Shown here one piece after another: positions 7,794 through 16,889 of a DNA stretch of 24,000 nucleotides. Under the pieces are notes generated by a model. The model made no database searches and had not been told where the DNA came from. It saw nothing but the letters and a program-made list of their open reading frames with translations. A program made the translations under genes and the position numbers. Source of the stretch: Candidatus Nanopelagicales bacterium (GTDB lineage: Bacteria; Actinomycetota; Actinomycetes; S36-B12); NCBI GenBank assembly GCA_044240165.1, contig JBIIAA010000009.1:222-24221 (forward strand), read 5' to 3'. Position 1 is the first letter of the stretch. Each line of letters opens with the position of its first letter.

Positions 7794-7802
7794 TGTGGAT
7801 AA
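7794..7802 (-). promoter_or_regulatory. Perfect DnaA-box-like 9-mer TTATCCACA upstream of fhaA
   Basis: + strand TGTGGATAA at 7794-7802 in the intergenic region before fhaA. Confidence 0.45.
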
Positions 7803-7889
7803 CCGGTGATTGCACTTTGCGCAGTCGCGAGTTTCCTCATGGAGTCGGGGTAACATGAACAGACTGCTTTCGAGATAAATGGGGTTCTT

Positions 7890-8591
7890 GTGGGTCTGCT
7901 TACTCGGTTTGAGGATTCCCTCGACCGGATGGTGAACGGAGCCTTCGCACGAGCCTTTAAGGCAGAGGTGCAGCCTGTTGAGATTGCATCTGCCCTCCAG
8001 CGCGAGCTCGACGACCGAGCCGCAATCATCGATCGCGAACGAACCATCGTTCCGAATATCTTTCATATTGAACTATCGCCTCACGATTACACCCGACTAG
8101 CCGTGTTTCGCGATGCCTTGCAAGGTGAGCTGACCAACTTGGTGAAGGGCTACGCCACCGAGCAGCGTTACACGCTTCTTGGCACAGTGCAGATCGTTAT
8201 CTCCCAAGATGATGACCTCGATACCGGGATTTTCCGGGTTCGCAGCGAGGCTCGAGCTGAAGTCGCCGCAAAAGGAACCACCGATCTTGATAGTGCTGCG
8301 GGTGCTGCAGTCATTGCCCACCAGCCGCGGCTTGAAATTGGCCGCACCGCCTACCCACTCGTTCGCGCCGTCACTCGCATCGGCCGAGGCGCTGACGTTG
8401 ACATCCGCATTGATGATCCCGGAACTTCACGCAACCACTGCGAAATATTGATGGGTTCACCCTTGATTCTTCGAGATTTGAACTCCACAAACGGCACGAT
8501 GGTCCAAGGAAAACGAATCACGGAACTACCACTGACCGAAGGAACCGCGATTCAGATCGGTTCTACAACACTCGTCTTTCGGAACAGCTAA
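7890..8591 (+). CDS. fhaA: FhaA-type protein (DUF3662 domain plus C-terminal FHA domain)
   Basis: MGLLTRFEDSLDRMVNGAFARAFKAEVQPVEIASALQREL, and a C-terminal FHA domain (LTRIGRGADVDIRIDDPGTSRNHCEI...LNSTNGTMVQGKRI). Synteny with the pknB cluster. Confidence 0.96.
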   Translation: MGLLTRFEDSLDRMVNGAFARAFKAEVQPVEIASALQRELDDRAAIIDRERTIVPNIFHIELSPHDYTRLAVFRDALQGELTNLVKGYATEQRYTLLGTVQIVISQDDDLDTGIFRVRSEARAEVAAKGTTDLDSAAGAAVIAHQPRLEIGRTAYPLVRAVTRIGRGADVDIRIDDPGTSRNHCEILMGSPLILRDLNSTNGTMVQGKRITELPLTEGTAIQIGSTTLVFRNS

Positions 8592-8594
8592 GTC

Positions 8595-9074
8595 GTGTCC
8601 GAACTCGGACTTACACTCGCCCGGTTAGCTTTCCTGGGCCTACTTTGGTTGTTCGTTCTTGCAACAGTGCTTGTGCTGCGCCGAGATCTCTTGCAGCCCG
8701 CAGAAGCACGCCCCATCGCGTTGGGTCGAACGGCGCGTCCGGCTAAAGCAGCGAAAATCCCCAAGAACAAAACATCGAAGCTCCGCGGAGCAAAATTGAT
8801 TGTCACTGAAGGCGCCCTTGCTGGCACGGTCGTGCCCCTTCTGACTGCAGACGTCACCATTGGTCGCGCCCCTGATTCAACTGTTGTTGTCGATGATGAT
8901 TACGCGTCGAGTCGGCACACGCGCGTGTTCAATACCGACGGTGTGTGGATGGTTGAGGATTTGGGTTCAACGAACGGCACGTGGATTGATCGCACCCGCA
9001 TCACGGCTCCAACTGCGCTTCCCGTTGGTGTGCCATTGCGCGTAGGTCGCACCACGTTGCTTTTGCAGAAATAG
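8595..9074 (+). CDS. fhaB: FhaB/FipA-type membrane-anchored FHA domain protein
   Basis: GTG start; N-terminal TM helix (LARLAFLGLLWLFVLATVLVLRRDLL) plus FHA domain (VTIGRAPDSTVVVDDDYASSRHTRVF...LGSTNGTWIDRTRI). Confidence 0.95.
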   Translation: MSELGLTLARLAFLGLLWLFVLATVLVLRRDLLQPAEARPIALGRTARPAKAAKIPKNKTSKLRGAKLIVTEGALAGTVVPLLTADVTIGRAPDSTVVVDDDYASSRHTRVFNTDGVWMVEDLGSTNGTWIDRTRITAPTALPVGVPLRVGRTTLLLQK

Positions 9075-9086
9075 ATCGGGCACCAG

Positions 9087-10361
9087 ATGCAACTGCGATA
9101 TGCCGCCCGCTCCGATGTTGGCCTTGTACGTCAAGGAAATGAAGACTCGGGCTACGCCGGACCGCGTTTGCTCGTGGTTGCTGACGGCATGGGTGGTCAC
9201 GCAGCCGGTGAACTTGCCTCAGCAACAGCTGTCGCGATGCTTGCCGACCTTGATGCCCACCCACCCGCTGAACCCGTAACTGCGCTGAACGATGTTGTCG
9301 GGCGCATTGCCGCAACCCTTGTTGCAATGGTGCAAGAAGACGAAGAAGTGCAGGGCATGGGCACCACTGTTACCGGTATCTATTGGACTGGCGATCGCCT
9401 GGCCATCGTCCACGTTGGTGATTCGCGCGCTTACTTATTACGCGACGGTGAGCTCTCACAACTCACACACGATCACACCTACGTGCAAACCTTGGTTGAC
9501 GCTGGTGAAATCTCTGAGGAAGAAGCCGCGATTCATCCTCGTCGCTCACTCTTGATGCGTGCCTTAGACGGAGTGAATCCGGTTGAAGCAGACCTCTCGG
9601 TCCGTGAAGCTCGCGCCGATGATCGATTGCTCTTATGTTCAGATGGACTTTCTGGAGTTCTCACCTCCCAAGAAATCCATGCACTGCTCTCAAATGGGGA
9701 ACCAACCGGCTGTGTAAGTCGCCTCGTTGATCTTGCCCTTGAGCGAGGGGCTCCTGACAACGTCACAGTCGTGGTCGCTGATGTAATTGACTACGAATTA
9801 GCTATCGAAGATTCACAAACCTTGCCTGTTGTCGTGGGTGCGGCTGGCGAACTTCGAGTTCGTGAACGCCTGCCCCGCGTGCAATTCCCACTCGATGCCG
9901 AACCTGACCCGGAAAATGTTTTACTCGCTACAGCCCGTGCGGTCGCTGTGACACCAGAAAGTGCTCTTGAAGTTCGGACCCGCGAAGTGCGTCGACGCAG
10001 ATACGTCCGTACCGGTGTGGTGTTGGGGCTCATCGCACTGTTGCTGATCATTGGCGGTGTCGTTGGTCGGATGTGGATTAGCACTCAGTGGTATGTCAGT
10101 GTTCTTGGTAATCCAGGCACCGGAACAGTTGCGGTGTACAACGGGGTCCCAGGTTCACTACTCGGCATTTCACTCACCTCAGTTTCAACCGATAGCCGCG
10201 TGCCCGTTGGAAACTTGCCACTGTTCGATCAAGAACTTGTCAGCAAAGGAATTCCTGCTGCAAGTGCACTTGACGCTCAGCGAATCATCAATGAGTTAAC
10301 CCAGCGGGCGGCTGAATGCCAAACCGCACCAACTGCAGGTTGCCCGGGGGCTAAGAGCTAA
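9087..10361 (+). CDS. pstP: PP2C-family Ser/Thr phosphatase PstP
   Basis: RSDVGLVRQGNEDSGYAGPRLLVVADGMGGHAAGE, VGDSRAYLLRDGEL, LLLCSDGLSGVL; TM helix and C-terminal extracytoplasmic part; synteny. Confidence 0.96.
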   Translation: MQLRYAARSDVGLVRQGNEDSGYAGPRLLVVADGMGGHAAGELASATAVAMLADLDAHPPAEPVTALNDVVGRIAATLVAMVQEDEEVQGMGTTVTGIYWTGDRLAIVHVGDSRAYLLRDGELSQLTHDHTYVQTLVDAGEISEEEAAIHPRRSLLMRALDGVNPVEADLSVREARADDRLLLCSDGLSGVLTSQEIHALLSNGEPTGCVSRLVDLALERGAPDNVTVVVADVIDYELAIEDSQTLPVVVGAAGELRVRERLPRVQFPLDAEPDPENVLLATARAVAVTPESALEVRTREVRRRRYVRTGVVLGLIALLLIIGGVVGRMWISTQWYVSVLGNPGTGTVAVYNGVPGSLLGISLTSVSTDSRVPVGNLPLFDQELVSKGIPAASALDAQRIINELTQRAAECQTAPTAGCPGAKS

Positions 10362-11755
10362 TGGCCTTCACTTCGGTACCCACACGTCAGCCCAACCGTC
10401 GCAACACAGAGTTAATGCTGGTTATTGCTGCCTGGGTGTTGGGAGTGGCTGGCACGATGCAGATTGCATGGGCTACCGGCGAAGGCATGACACCACGACT
10501 GTGGATCACCGTGGTGATTGTTGGCATTCTGGCTGGTGCAATGCATGTTGCCGTTCGATTAAAAGCTGAATACGCCGATCCCTTGTTCTTGCCACTCGCA
10601 ACCTTGCTCACCATCTTGGGCTTGGTCATGATCTACCGCATTGATGTAGCCACTGCCTTGCGTGCAGCCCGTAACGACGCGCCTGTTCCTACCCCAGACG
10701 TATACGCGCAACTCACTTGGTTCACCGTTGCAGTGGTGTTGTTCATCGCCGTTTTAGTGCTAGTTCATGACCATCGGCGTCTACAGCGTTTCACTTACAC
10801 CTTTGGCCTCATTGGTCTTCTTGGCTTGCTGCTGCCGTTACTTCCGCTGATCGGCAATACCGTCAACGGCGCAACACTTTGGATACGAGTCTTCGGCTTG
10901 TCTTTTCAACCTGCCGAAGCTTCGAAGATTTTCCTCACGATCTTTTTCGCTGGCTATCTCGTGATGAAGCGTGACTCACTTGCCCTCGTGCGTACCAAAG
11001 TCTTGGGTGTTGGCTTTCCCCGACCAAAAGATGCAGGCCCACTGGTTGTTGCGTGGATTATTTCCCTAGGCGTACTGATTTTTCAGCGTGACCTAGGCAC
11101 CTCACTTTTGTTCTTCGGACTGTTCGTCTTGATGCTCTACATCGCAACGCAACGTCGTTCCTGGCTCATCATTGGCGCATCGCTCTTTTCTGTCGGCGCG
11201 ATCCTGGCCTACTTTGCCTTTGGACACGTCCGCCTGCGCGTAGATATTTGGTGGGACCCGTGGGGCGACGCGAACAACACCGGATACCAGCTCGTGCAAT
11301 CCCTTTACGGCTTTGCTAGCGGTGGATTATTCGGCAGCGGTCTCGGTCAAGGCTTCCCTGAATTTGTACCTTTCGCCAATACCGACTTCATTGTTGCAGC
11401 CATTGGTGAAGAGCTCGGACTCGTCGGCATGTGCGCTCTGCTGCTGTTCTTTGGCGTTTTGATTGAGCGCGGACTTCGCACAGCAATCGCTGTCCGAGAT
11501 TCCTTCGGGCAATTACTGGCTGTCGGACTTTCCATCGTTTTGGCACTTCAACTCTTTGTGATTGTTGGCGGCGTAACCCGCTTGATTCCACTTACTGGAC
11601 TCACCACACCATTTCTTTCTTACGGCGGTTCCTCCCTCGTTGCTAACTGGGTGATCATCGCGCTCTTGATTCGCATCTCTGACCGAGCACGTCGCCCTGA
11701 TGTCTTTGTGCCGTCAGTTGATGAAGCATTCACGCAGGTGGTGCGACGCGTATGA
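10361..11755 (+). CDS. rodA: FtsW/RodA/SpoVE family SEDS peptidoglycan glycosyltransferase
   Basis: Multi-TM protein with NGATLWIRVFGLSFQPAEASKI, FQRDLGTSLLFF, IGEELGLVG and LTTPFLSYGGSSLVANW. Start codon overlaps the pstP stop (TAATG). Confidence 0.95.
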   Translation: MAFTSVPTRQPNRRNTELMLVIAAWVLGVAGTMQIAWATGEGMTPRLWITVVIVGILAGAMHVAVRLKAEYADPLFLPLATLLTILGLVMIYRIDVATALRAARNDAPVPTPDVYAQLTWFTVAVVLFIAVLVLVHDHRRLQRFTYTFGLIGLLGLLLPLLPLIGNTVNGATLWIRVFGLSFQPAEASKIFLTIFFAGYLVMKRDSLALVRTKVLGVGFPRPKDAGPLVVAWIISLGVLIFQRDLGTSLLFFGLFVLMLYIATQRRSWLIIGASLFSVGAILAYFAFGHVRLRVDIWWDPWGDANNTGYQLVQSLYGFASGGLFGSGLGQGFPEFVPFANTDFIVAAIGEELGLVGMCALLLFFGVLIERGLRTAIAVRDSFGQLLAVGLSIVLALQLFVIVGGVTRLIPLTGLTTPFLSYGGSSLVANWVIIALLIRISDRARRPDVFVPSVDEAFTQVVRRV

Positions 11756-13200
11756 ACCGTCCCATTCGTCGCGTAGGTGCCGTGCTGGCGGTGTTACTCC
11801 TAGCAATGATCGCCAACGTCACGTTTATTCAAGTCTTTCAGGCAGCTGACTATCGAGAGCGCCCCGGAAATCAAAGGCAGTTACTTGCCCAATACGACCG
11901 TGAGCGGGGACCCATCGTCGCCGCAACTGACGCCGTAGCGCGATCCATCGAAACGGGCGATTCACTTCGTTATCAACGCGTGTATTCCAATGGGCCGGTG
12001 TACGCGCCCATCACCGGCTTTGATTCGCTTGTCTATGGAACAACAGGATTAGAGCGCACTGAAAACAAGATCCTAAATGGAAGTTCCGACCTACTCTTTG
12101 TAGATCGCACCAAGCAACTCTTTGCTGGTCGTCAAGTTCAAGGTGGCTCAGTTGTCACCACGATTAATCCCGATGCTCAGTTGGCTGCCTTCCAAGGTTT
12201 AGGAACCAAAGTCGGATCAGTGGTTGCAATCGAACCTTCAACCGGAAAGATTCTTGCCTCTGCGCAATCACCTTCCTTTGATCCCAATCTTCTATCCAGC
12301 CACGAACCGGCGAATATCCGCACCTACTACGAATCGCTCACTGCTAATCCAGACAAGCCGTTACTCAATCGCCCGATCGTTGCACTTAATCCACCGGGTT
12401 CAACTTTTAAATTGGTGGTCACAGCGGCGGCACTAGCGTCGGGTAGGTTCACAGCTGAATCACTTCTTCCTGGACCGCGAACCTATAGATTGCCCAACAC
12501 AACAACGTTCCTCAACAACTGGAACCGCCAAGCTTGTAGTCCTTCAGGCATGATCAGCCTGCGCGGTGCCCTTGCGTTGTCGTGCAACACCGCCTTTGCT
12601 TGGTTAGGCAATGAACTTGGTGCCGAAGCCTTACGTAAGCAAGCTCAACTCATGGGCTTTGACACACGATTTGAATTGCCCCTTCGGGCTGCGCGTTCAA
12701 CCTTCCCCGTTGATCCTGATGCACCGCAAACATCTTTGAGCGCAATTGGTCAATATGAGGTTCGTGCCACCGCCCTGCAAATGGCGATGGTTGGTGCCGC
12801 AATCGGAAATAAGGGCGTGCTGATGAACCCATTTATGGTTCAAGAAATTCGCGGGCCTGACCTTTCTATTCTGCGCACCACTCAGCCTTCAATTTTTAAC
12901 CAAGCAATGACGGTCACGAATGCCGCGATTGAAACCGAAATGATGGTCAACGTCGTCAACAATGGCACGGGGTCAAACGCTCGAATCTCGGGAATTTCTG
13001 TGGCAGGCAAGACCGGCACCGCCCAAACGGGCAATGCGCGGCCTTCTGTTGCGTGGTTCGTCGCATTTGCACCGGCAAATAATCCAAAGGTTGCCGTTGC
13101 GGTGTGTATCGAGCAAGCCGGACTCGCGGAAATTAGCGGAAACGGCTTGGCAGCACCGATCGCAAAGAAGGTCATACAGGCTGTTCTCAAACTATCGTGA
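11752..13200 (+). CDS. pbpA: Penicillin-binding protein PbpA (transpeptidase)
   Basis: SxxK (GSTFKL), SxN (SCNTAF) and KTGT (AGKTGTAQTGN) motifs; N-terminal TM; 4-bp ATGA overlap with rodA. Confidence 0.96.
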   Translation: MNRPIRRVGAVLAVLLLAMIANVTFIQVFQAADYRERPGNQRQLLAQYDRERGPIVAATDAVARSIETGDSLRYQRVYSNGPVYAPITGFDSLVYGTTGLERTENKILNGSSDLLFVDRTKQLFAGRQVQGGSVVTTINPDAQLAAFQGLGTKVGSVVAIEPSTGKILASAQSPSFDPNLLSSHEPANIRTYYESLTANPDKPLLNRPIVALNPPGSTFKLVVTAAALASGRFTAESLLPGPRTYRLPNTTTFLNNWNRQACSPSGMISLRGALALSCNTAFAWLGNELGAEALRKQAQLMGFDTRFELPLRAARSTFPVDPDAPQTSLSAIGQYEVRATALQMAMVGAAIGNKGVLMNPFMVQEIRGPDLSILRTTQPSIFNQAMTVTNAAIETEMMVNVVNNGTGSNARISGISVAGKTGTAQTGNARPSVAWFVAFAPANNPKVAVAVCIEQAGLAEISGNGLAAPIAKKVIQAVLKLS

Positions 13201-13242
13201 GACCACCTGCGACAATACGAGTCCTAACGTGATGGAGGGTAA

Positions 13243-14946
13243 GTGAGCAACGTACGCATGCTCGGTGATCGCTATGAAATTGGCGAGGTCATTGGGCGTG
13301 GAGGCATGGCTGAAGTCCATGAGTCACGGGACATTCGCCTTGGCCGCCGTGTTGCCATCAAAATCTTGCGTCCAGATTTAGCTCGTGACCCAGATTTTCA
13401 GGTTCGTTTTCGTCGCGAGGCACAGTCAGCCGCAGCGCTCAATCATCCAAATATCGTCGCGGTATATGACACCGGTGAAGATCGCCTTGATGTTGAAGAG
13501 GGCCAAACGCAAATTGTCGTTCCCTACATCGTGATGGAATTTGTTGATGGCATGACCCTGCGTCAACTCTTAGCATCGGGACGACGTTTACTTCCAGAAC
13601 GTGCACTTGAAATTGCTGCAGGCGTACTTTCGGGTCTGGACTACGCACATCGCCACGGGATCGTGCATCGCGATATCAAACCAGGCAACGTGATGTTGAC
13701 GCGTTCCGGTGATGTCAAAGTCATGGACTTTGGTATTGCACGGGCAATCAATGAATTGAACACTTCGATCACTGCGACATCGGCAGTCATGGGGACTGCT
13801 CAATACCTTTCACCAGAGCAGGCACGTGGCGAGATTGTTGACGCTCGCAGCGATCTTTACAGCACTGGTGTGTTGTTGTACGAACTCCTCACAGGTCGGC
13901 CACCATTCACTGGCGAATCAGCTGTGTCTGTCGCCTACCAACATGTGTCAGAAATGCCGACTCCGCCATCGCAAATTGATGATGGTGTCTCCCCTGAAAT
14001 TGACCTCATTGTTTTAGCTGCCTTGGCAAAACGAACCGACGAGCGTTACCAAACTGCAAGCGAATTTCGTTCTGATGTTGAGCGAATGATCCAAGGTGGT
14101 CCGATGACCACGGCAGTGCCCATCGTGATGGCCAATGACTACACCCAAATGCTTTCACCCGTTGAAGCCTCGGGCACAGCTGCTTACGCTCGGGCGCTGC
14201 AGCCACAAAAGCGTCGTCGTGGAGTTGGTTTCTGGTCTATCGCCGGTGCGATTGTGCTCGGAATCGTTGCCGCCGTATTGTTTGCCGGCCAATTCATTCT
14301 TGGCGGAGCAAGCGCTCGAGTTACGGTGCCAAACCTTGAAGGTCTAACGATCCAGAGTGCCCAACAACTGTTGGTAGCTAACAACTTAATTCTGGGTGGG
14401 CAAACAGCTGAAGTGTCCGACCGTCCTGAGGGTCGAGTCATTGCGCAACAGCCAGCAAGTGGCGAGACCATCGAAGAGGGTCAAGCCGTCAACGTCTCGG
14501 TGAGCAGCGGAAAAGAGAAAGCGACCGTCCCGCAACTCGTTGGTTTGTCTTCTGTTAATGACGCGCGTACGGCGCTGTCCGATGCCAATCTTCAAATCGG
14601 ACCGATCACGGAACAAGATTCACAGCAACCTGCCGGCTATGTACTTTCACAATCTCCGCTTGAGAGTATTCAAGTCGATGCAGGTAGCACCGTTGCGATC
14701 ACGATTGCTTCTGGCACACGGACAGTGCCTCAGGTCATTGGCAACTCCGAAGCTCAGGCCAGAAGTAATATCGTTCAAGCCGGCTTTGATCCACAAGTGA
14801 TTTACCAAGATATTGGTACAGATATTGCAGCTGGCACTGTGCTTGCGCAATCACCTCAAGGTGGGGCCAAACTCGATCGTGGATCAGTAGTCACGATCAC
14901 TATTGGTCGATTGGCGGCTACTACTCCTGCTCCAGCAGTTCCGTAA
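13243..14946 (+). CDS. pknB: PASTA-domain serine/threonine protein kinase PknB (3 PASTA repeats recognised)
   Basis: Kinase motifs IGRGGMAEVHE, VAIKIL, HRDIKPGN, DFGIA, a single TM, then three VP-type PASTA repeats (VPNLEGL..., VPQLVGL..., VPQVIGN...). GTG start preceded by GGAGGG. Confidence 0.97.
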   Translation: MSNVRMLGDRYEIGEVIGRGGMAEVHESRDIRLGRRVAIKILRPDLARDPDFQVRFRREAQSAAALNHPNIVAVYDTGEDRLDVEEGQTQIVVPYIVMEFVDGMTLRQLLASGRRLLPERALEIAAGVLSGLDYAHRHGIVHRDIKPGNVMLTRSGDVKVMDFGIARAINELNTSITATSAVMGTAQYLSPEQARGEIVDARSDLYSTGVLLYELLTGRPPFTGESAVSVAYQHVSEMPTPPSQIDDGVSPEIDLIVLAALAKRTDERYQTASEFRSDVERMIQGGPMTTAVPIVMANDYTQMLSPVEASGTAAYARALQPQKRRRGVGFWSIAGAIVLGIVAAVLFAGQFILGGASARVTVPNLEGLTIQSAQQLLVANNLILGGQTAEVSDRPEGRVIAQQPASGETIEEGQAVNVSVSSGKEKATVPQLVGLSSVNDARTALSDANLQIGPITEQDSQQPAGYVLSQSPLESIQVDAGSTVAITIASGTRTVPQVIGNSEAQARSNIVQAGFDPQVIYQDIGTDIAAGTVLAQSPQGGAKLDRGSVVTITIGRLAATTPAPAVP

Positions 14947-14967
14947 TCTCATTGCGGAACCGTGTGT

Positions 14968-14989
14968 AACTGCGGAAAGTTGCGCAGTT
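14968..14989. terminator. Hairpin between convergent pknB and trpG/pabA, possible terminator
   Basis: AACTGCG-gaaagttg-CGCAGTT in the 45-bp convergent gap, followed by ATTT on +. Confidence 0.45.
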
Positions 14990-14991
14990 AT

Positions 14992-15612
14992 TTAGTGATG
15001 CACGACCGGAGCTAGACCTTCACTTTTCTTCAAGGCTTCTTTATCGCCGCACTCGGTGAGCCAGTTCGCCAACATGCGGTGGCCGCCTTCGGTGAGCACC
15101 GATTCAGGGTGGAACTGCACACCTTCAATAGCCATAGTGCGATGACGAATACCCATGATGACTCCGGTGTCAGTTTCACCTGTTACGAAAAGTACATCGG
15201 GCATCGTCTGAGGTTCAACAGCAAGTGAGTGATAGCGAGTTGCAGTGAAAGGTTCTGGGAGTCCAGCCATCACGCCAACCTCGCGGTGATGCACCAGCGA
15301 GACCTTGCCGTGAACAAGTTCAGGTGCTCGATCTACGGTGGCCCCAAAAGCTGCAGCAATCGCCTGGTGGCCTAGGCAGACTCCAAAGATCGGCACTTTG
15401 CCGCCACATTCACGAACGATGTCCATACAGACACCAGCATCTTGGGGCGTTCCTGGTCCGGGCGACAGCAAAATGCCATCAAAATCCAGCGCTTGGTCGG
15501 GCGTGACCTCGTCATTTCGCTTCACCGTGACCTCGGCGCCAAGCTGGGCGAGGTATTGAACGAGGTTAAACACAAAAGAGTCGTAGTTGTCCACAACCAA
15601 GATTCGCGTCAC
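14992..15612 (-). CDS. pabA: Anthranilate/para-aminobenzoate synthase glutamine amidotransferase subunit
   Basis: ILVVDNYDSFVFNLVQYL, LSPGPGTPQDAG, PIFGVCLGHQAIA (catalytic Cys), GVQFHPESVLTEGG. GTG start. trpG vs pabA cannot be resolved from sequence alone. Confidence 0.93.
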   Translation of the reverse strand: MTRILVVDNYDSFVFNLVQYLAQLGAEVTVKRNDEVTPDQALDFDGILLSPGPGTPQDAGVCMDIVRECGGKVPIFGVCLGHQAIAAAFGATVDRAPELVHGKVSLVHHREVGVMAGLPEPFTATRYHSLAVEPQTMPDVLFVTGETDTGVIMGIRHRTMAIEGVQFHPESVLTEGGHRMLANWLTECGDKEALKKSEGLAPVVHH

Positions 15613-15685
15613 AAGGGGTATCTTCTCAGGAGGAAGGTGTCAGTACCAATGCCGCCTCAACTACTGAAAGGTGTGTGCCGTGCCG

Positions 15686-15946
15686 GTGTCCAAGAAACGT
15701 AAGAAGGACGATGGCTTTCAGGCGCCACCAGCCATGGGTGAGCACAAGATTGCCCGTCTTGGTTCCCCACGCTGGCTAGCCCCCGTCATGGTGGCCTGCT
15801 TTGTGGTCGGCTTGCTCTACATCGTGGTCTTTTACATCGCTGGGCAGCAGGTTCCAGTGATGAAAGATCTGGCAAACATCGTGAACGTCGGTATTGGCTT
15901 CGGCTTCATCATCGTGGGGTTCTTCCTCTCCACGAAGTGGCAGTAA
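15686..15946 (+). CDS. crgA: Cell division protein CrgA
   Basis: (M)SKKRKKDDGFQAPP...GSPRWLAPVMVACFVVGLLYIVVFYIAG...NIVNVGIGFGFIIVGFFLSTKWQ: two TM helices and the CrgA C-terminal 'TKWQ' type. GTG start in frame at 15686. Confidence 0.93.
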   Translation: MSKKRKKDDGFQAPPAMGEHKIARLGSPRWLAPVMVACFVVGLLYIVVFYIAGQQVPVMKDLANIVNVGIGFGFIIVGFFLSTKWQ

Positions 15947-15967
15947 TCCGACTTACACGGCTGTAAT

Positions 15968-15999
15968 TCATCCACATCTGTGGATAAGCCTGTGGATAA
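15968..15999. promoter_or_regulatory. Cluster of DnaA-box-like sequences: TCATCCACA (+, one mismatch), TGTGGATAA, TGTGGATAA (two perfect boxes on -)
   Basis: tcatccacaTCtgtggataaGCCtgtggataaa. Boxes at 15968-15976, 15979-15987 and 15991-15999 in the convergent crgA/rhomboid gap. Confidence 0.55.
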
Positions 16000-16014
16000 A
16001 CCCCTAGTGATGCC

Positions 16015-16878
16015 TTAGGTGGCAATGCCTGGCACAAACGGTGCCAGGAGCTCTTGCAACGCACTGGTGCGTGCCAGTGCTGTGACGACCAATATGAGCA
16101 GCAGACCCAGGCAGCCAAGGGTTTGGATGAGCACTTGATTGCGTCGAGGGGCGAACACAAAAATAGCGGCGACAAGGGCGCCGACAACTAATCCGCCGAT
16201 GTGCGCTCGCCAATCAATGCCAGGCTGCAAGAACCCAAAGACCAAGTTGATCCCCAACAGCACCAACACCTGAGTGACGTCGTAGCGAAGGCGCCGACCA
16301 GCAACCACAAAGGCGCCCATCAAGCCGAAGATCGCACCACTAGCACCCACCGAAACTGACCGGAAATCTGAGAACGCGTACGAGGCAACTGCGCCACCAA
16401 AAGCTGCGAGTAAATACAGCGCGATGAATCGTGAGTGCCCGAGCACTCGTTCAAGAGTTGGCCCCATGATCCACAAGACATACATGTTGAACGCAATGTG
16501 TAGGAAGGATCCGTGCATGAATGCGCTGGACATCAGTGTCCAGTAGTCGCCATTGGCCGCAATACCAATGGGCCACATGCCCCATTTCGATGCGGACTCA
16601 TTGATACCAACACTGAGTTGAAGTAAGAAGACAGCAACGTTGATGGCAATCAAGGCAAACGTGACGTACGGCTTGGAAATGACTGGCGCACCCATCGGCG
16701 TGTGAACGGCTGAAACCTTAGCGTTACCAACACAACTTGGGCATTGGAAGCCGACAGAAGCCGAGATCATGCAGTCTGTGCAAATCGGATTATTACACCG
16801 AGAACAGCGAATATAACTCACACGATCGGGATGAGAAGAGCACACAGGCTCAGCGTTTGAACCTGTGTGCTCTGTCAT
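16015..16878 (-). CDS. Rhomboid family intramembrane serine protease with N-terminal Cys/His zinc-binding-like region
   Basis: CSSHPDRVSYIRCSRCNNPICTDCMISASVGFQCPSC, then SVGASGAIFGLMGAF (GxSG catalytic Ser) and DWRAHIGGLVVG (catalytic His). Confidence 0.95.
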   Translation of the reverse strand: MTEHTGSNAEPVCSSHPDRVSYIRCSRCNNPICTDCMISASVGFQCPSCVGNAKVSAVHTPMGAPVISKPYVTFALIAINVAVFLLQLSVGINESASKWGMWPIGIAANGDYWTLMSSAFMHGSFLHIAFNMYVLWIMGPTLERVLGHSRFIALYLLAAFGGAVASYAFSDFRSVSVGASGAIFGLMGAFVVAGRRLRYDVTQVLVLLGINLVFGFLQPGIDWRAHIGGLVVGALVAAIFVFAPRRNQVLIQTLGCLGLLLILVVTALARTSALQELLAPFVPGIAT

Positions 16879-16889
16879 CGCTTCTGTTA

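Noticed and set aside
15587-15595. Additional DnaA-box-like TTGTCCACA
   Set aside because: It encodes the conserved VDN of the VDNYDSF motif in pabA/trpG (GTG GAC AAC), so coding constraint explains it.
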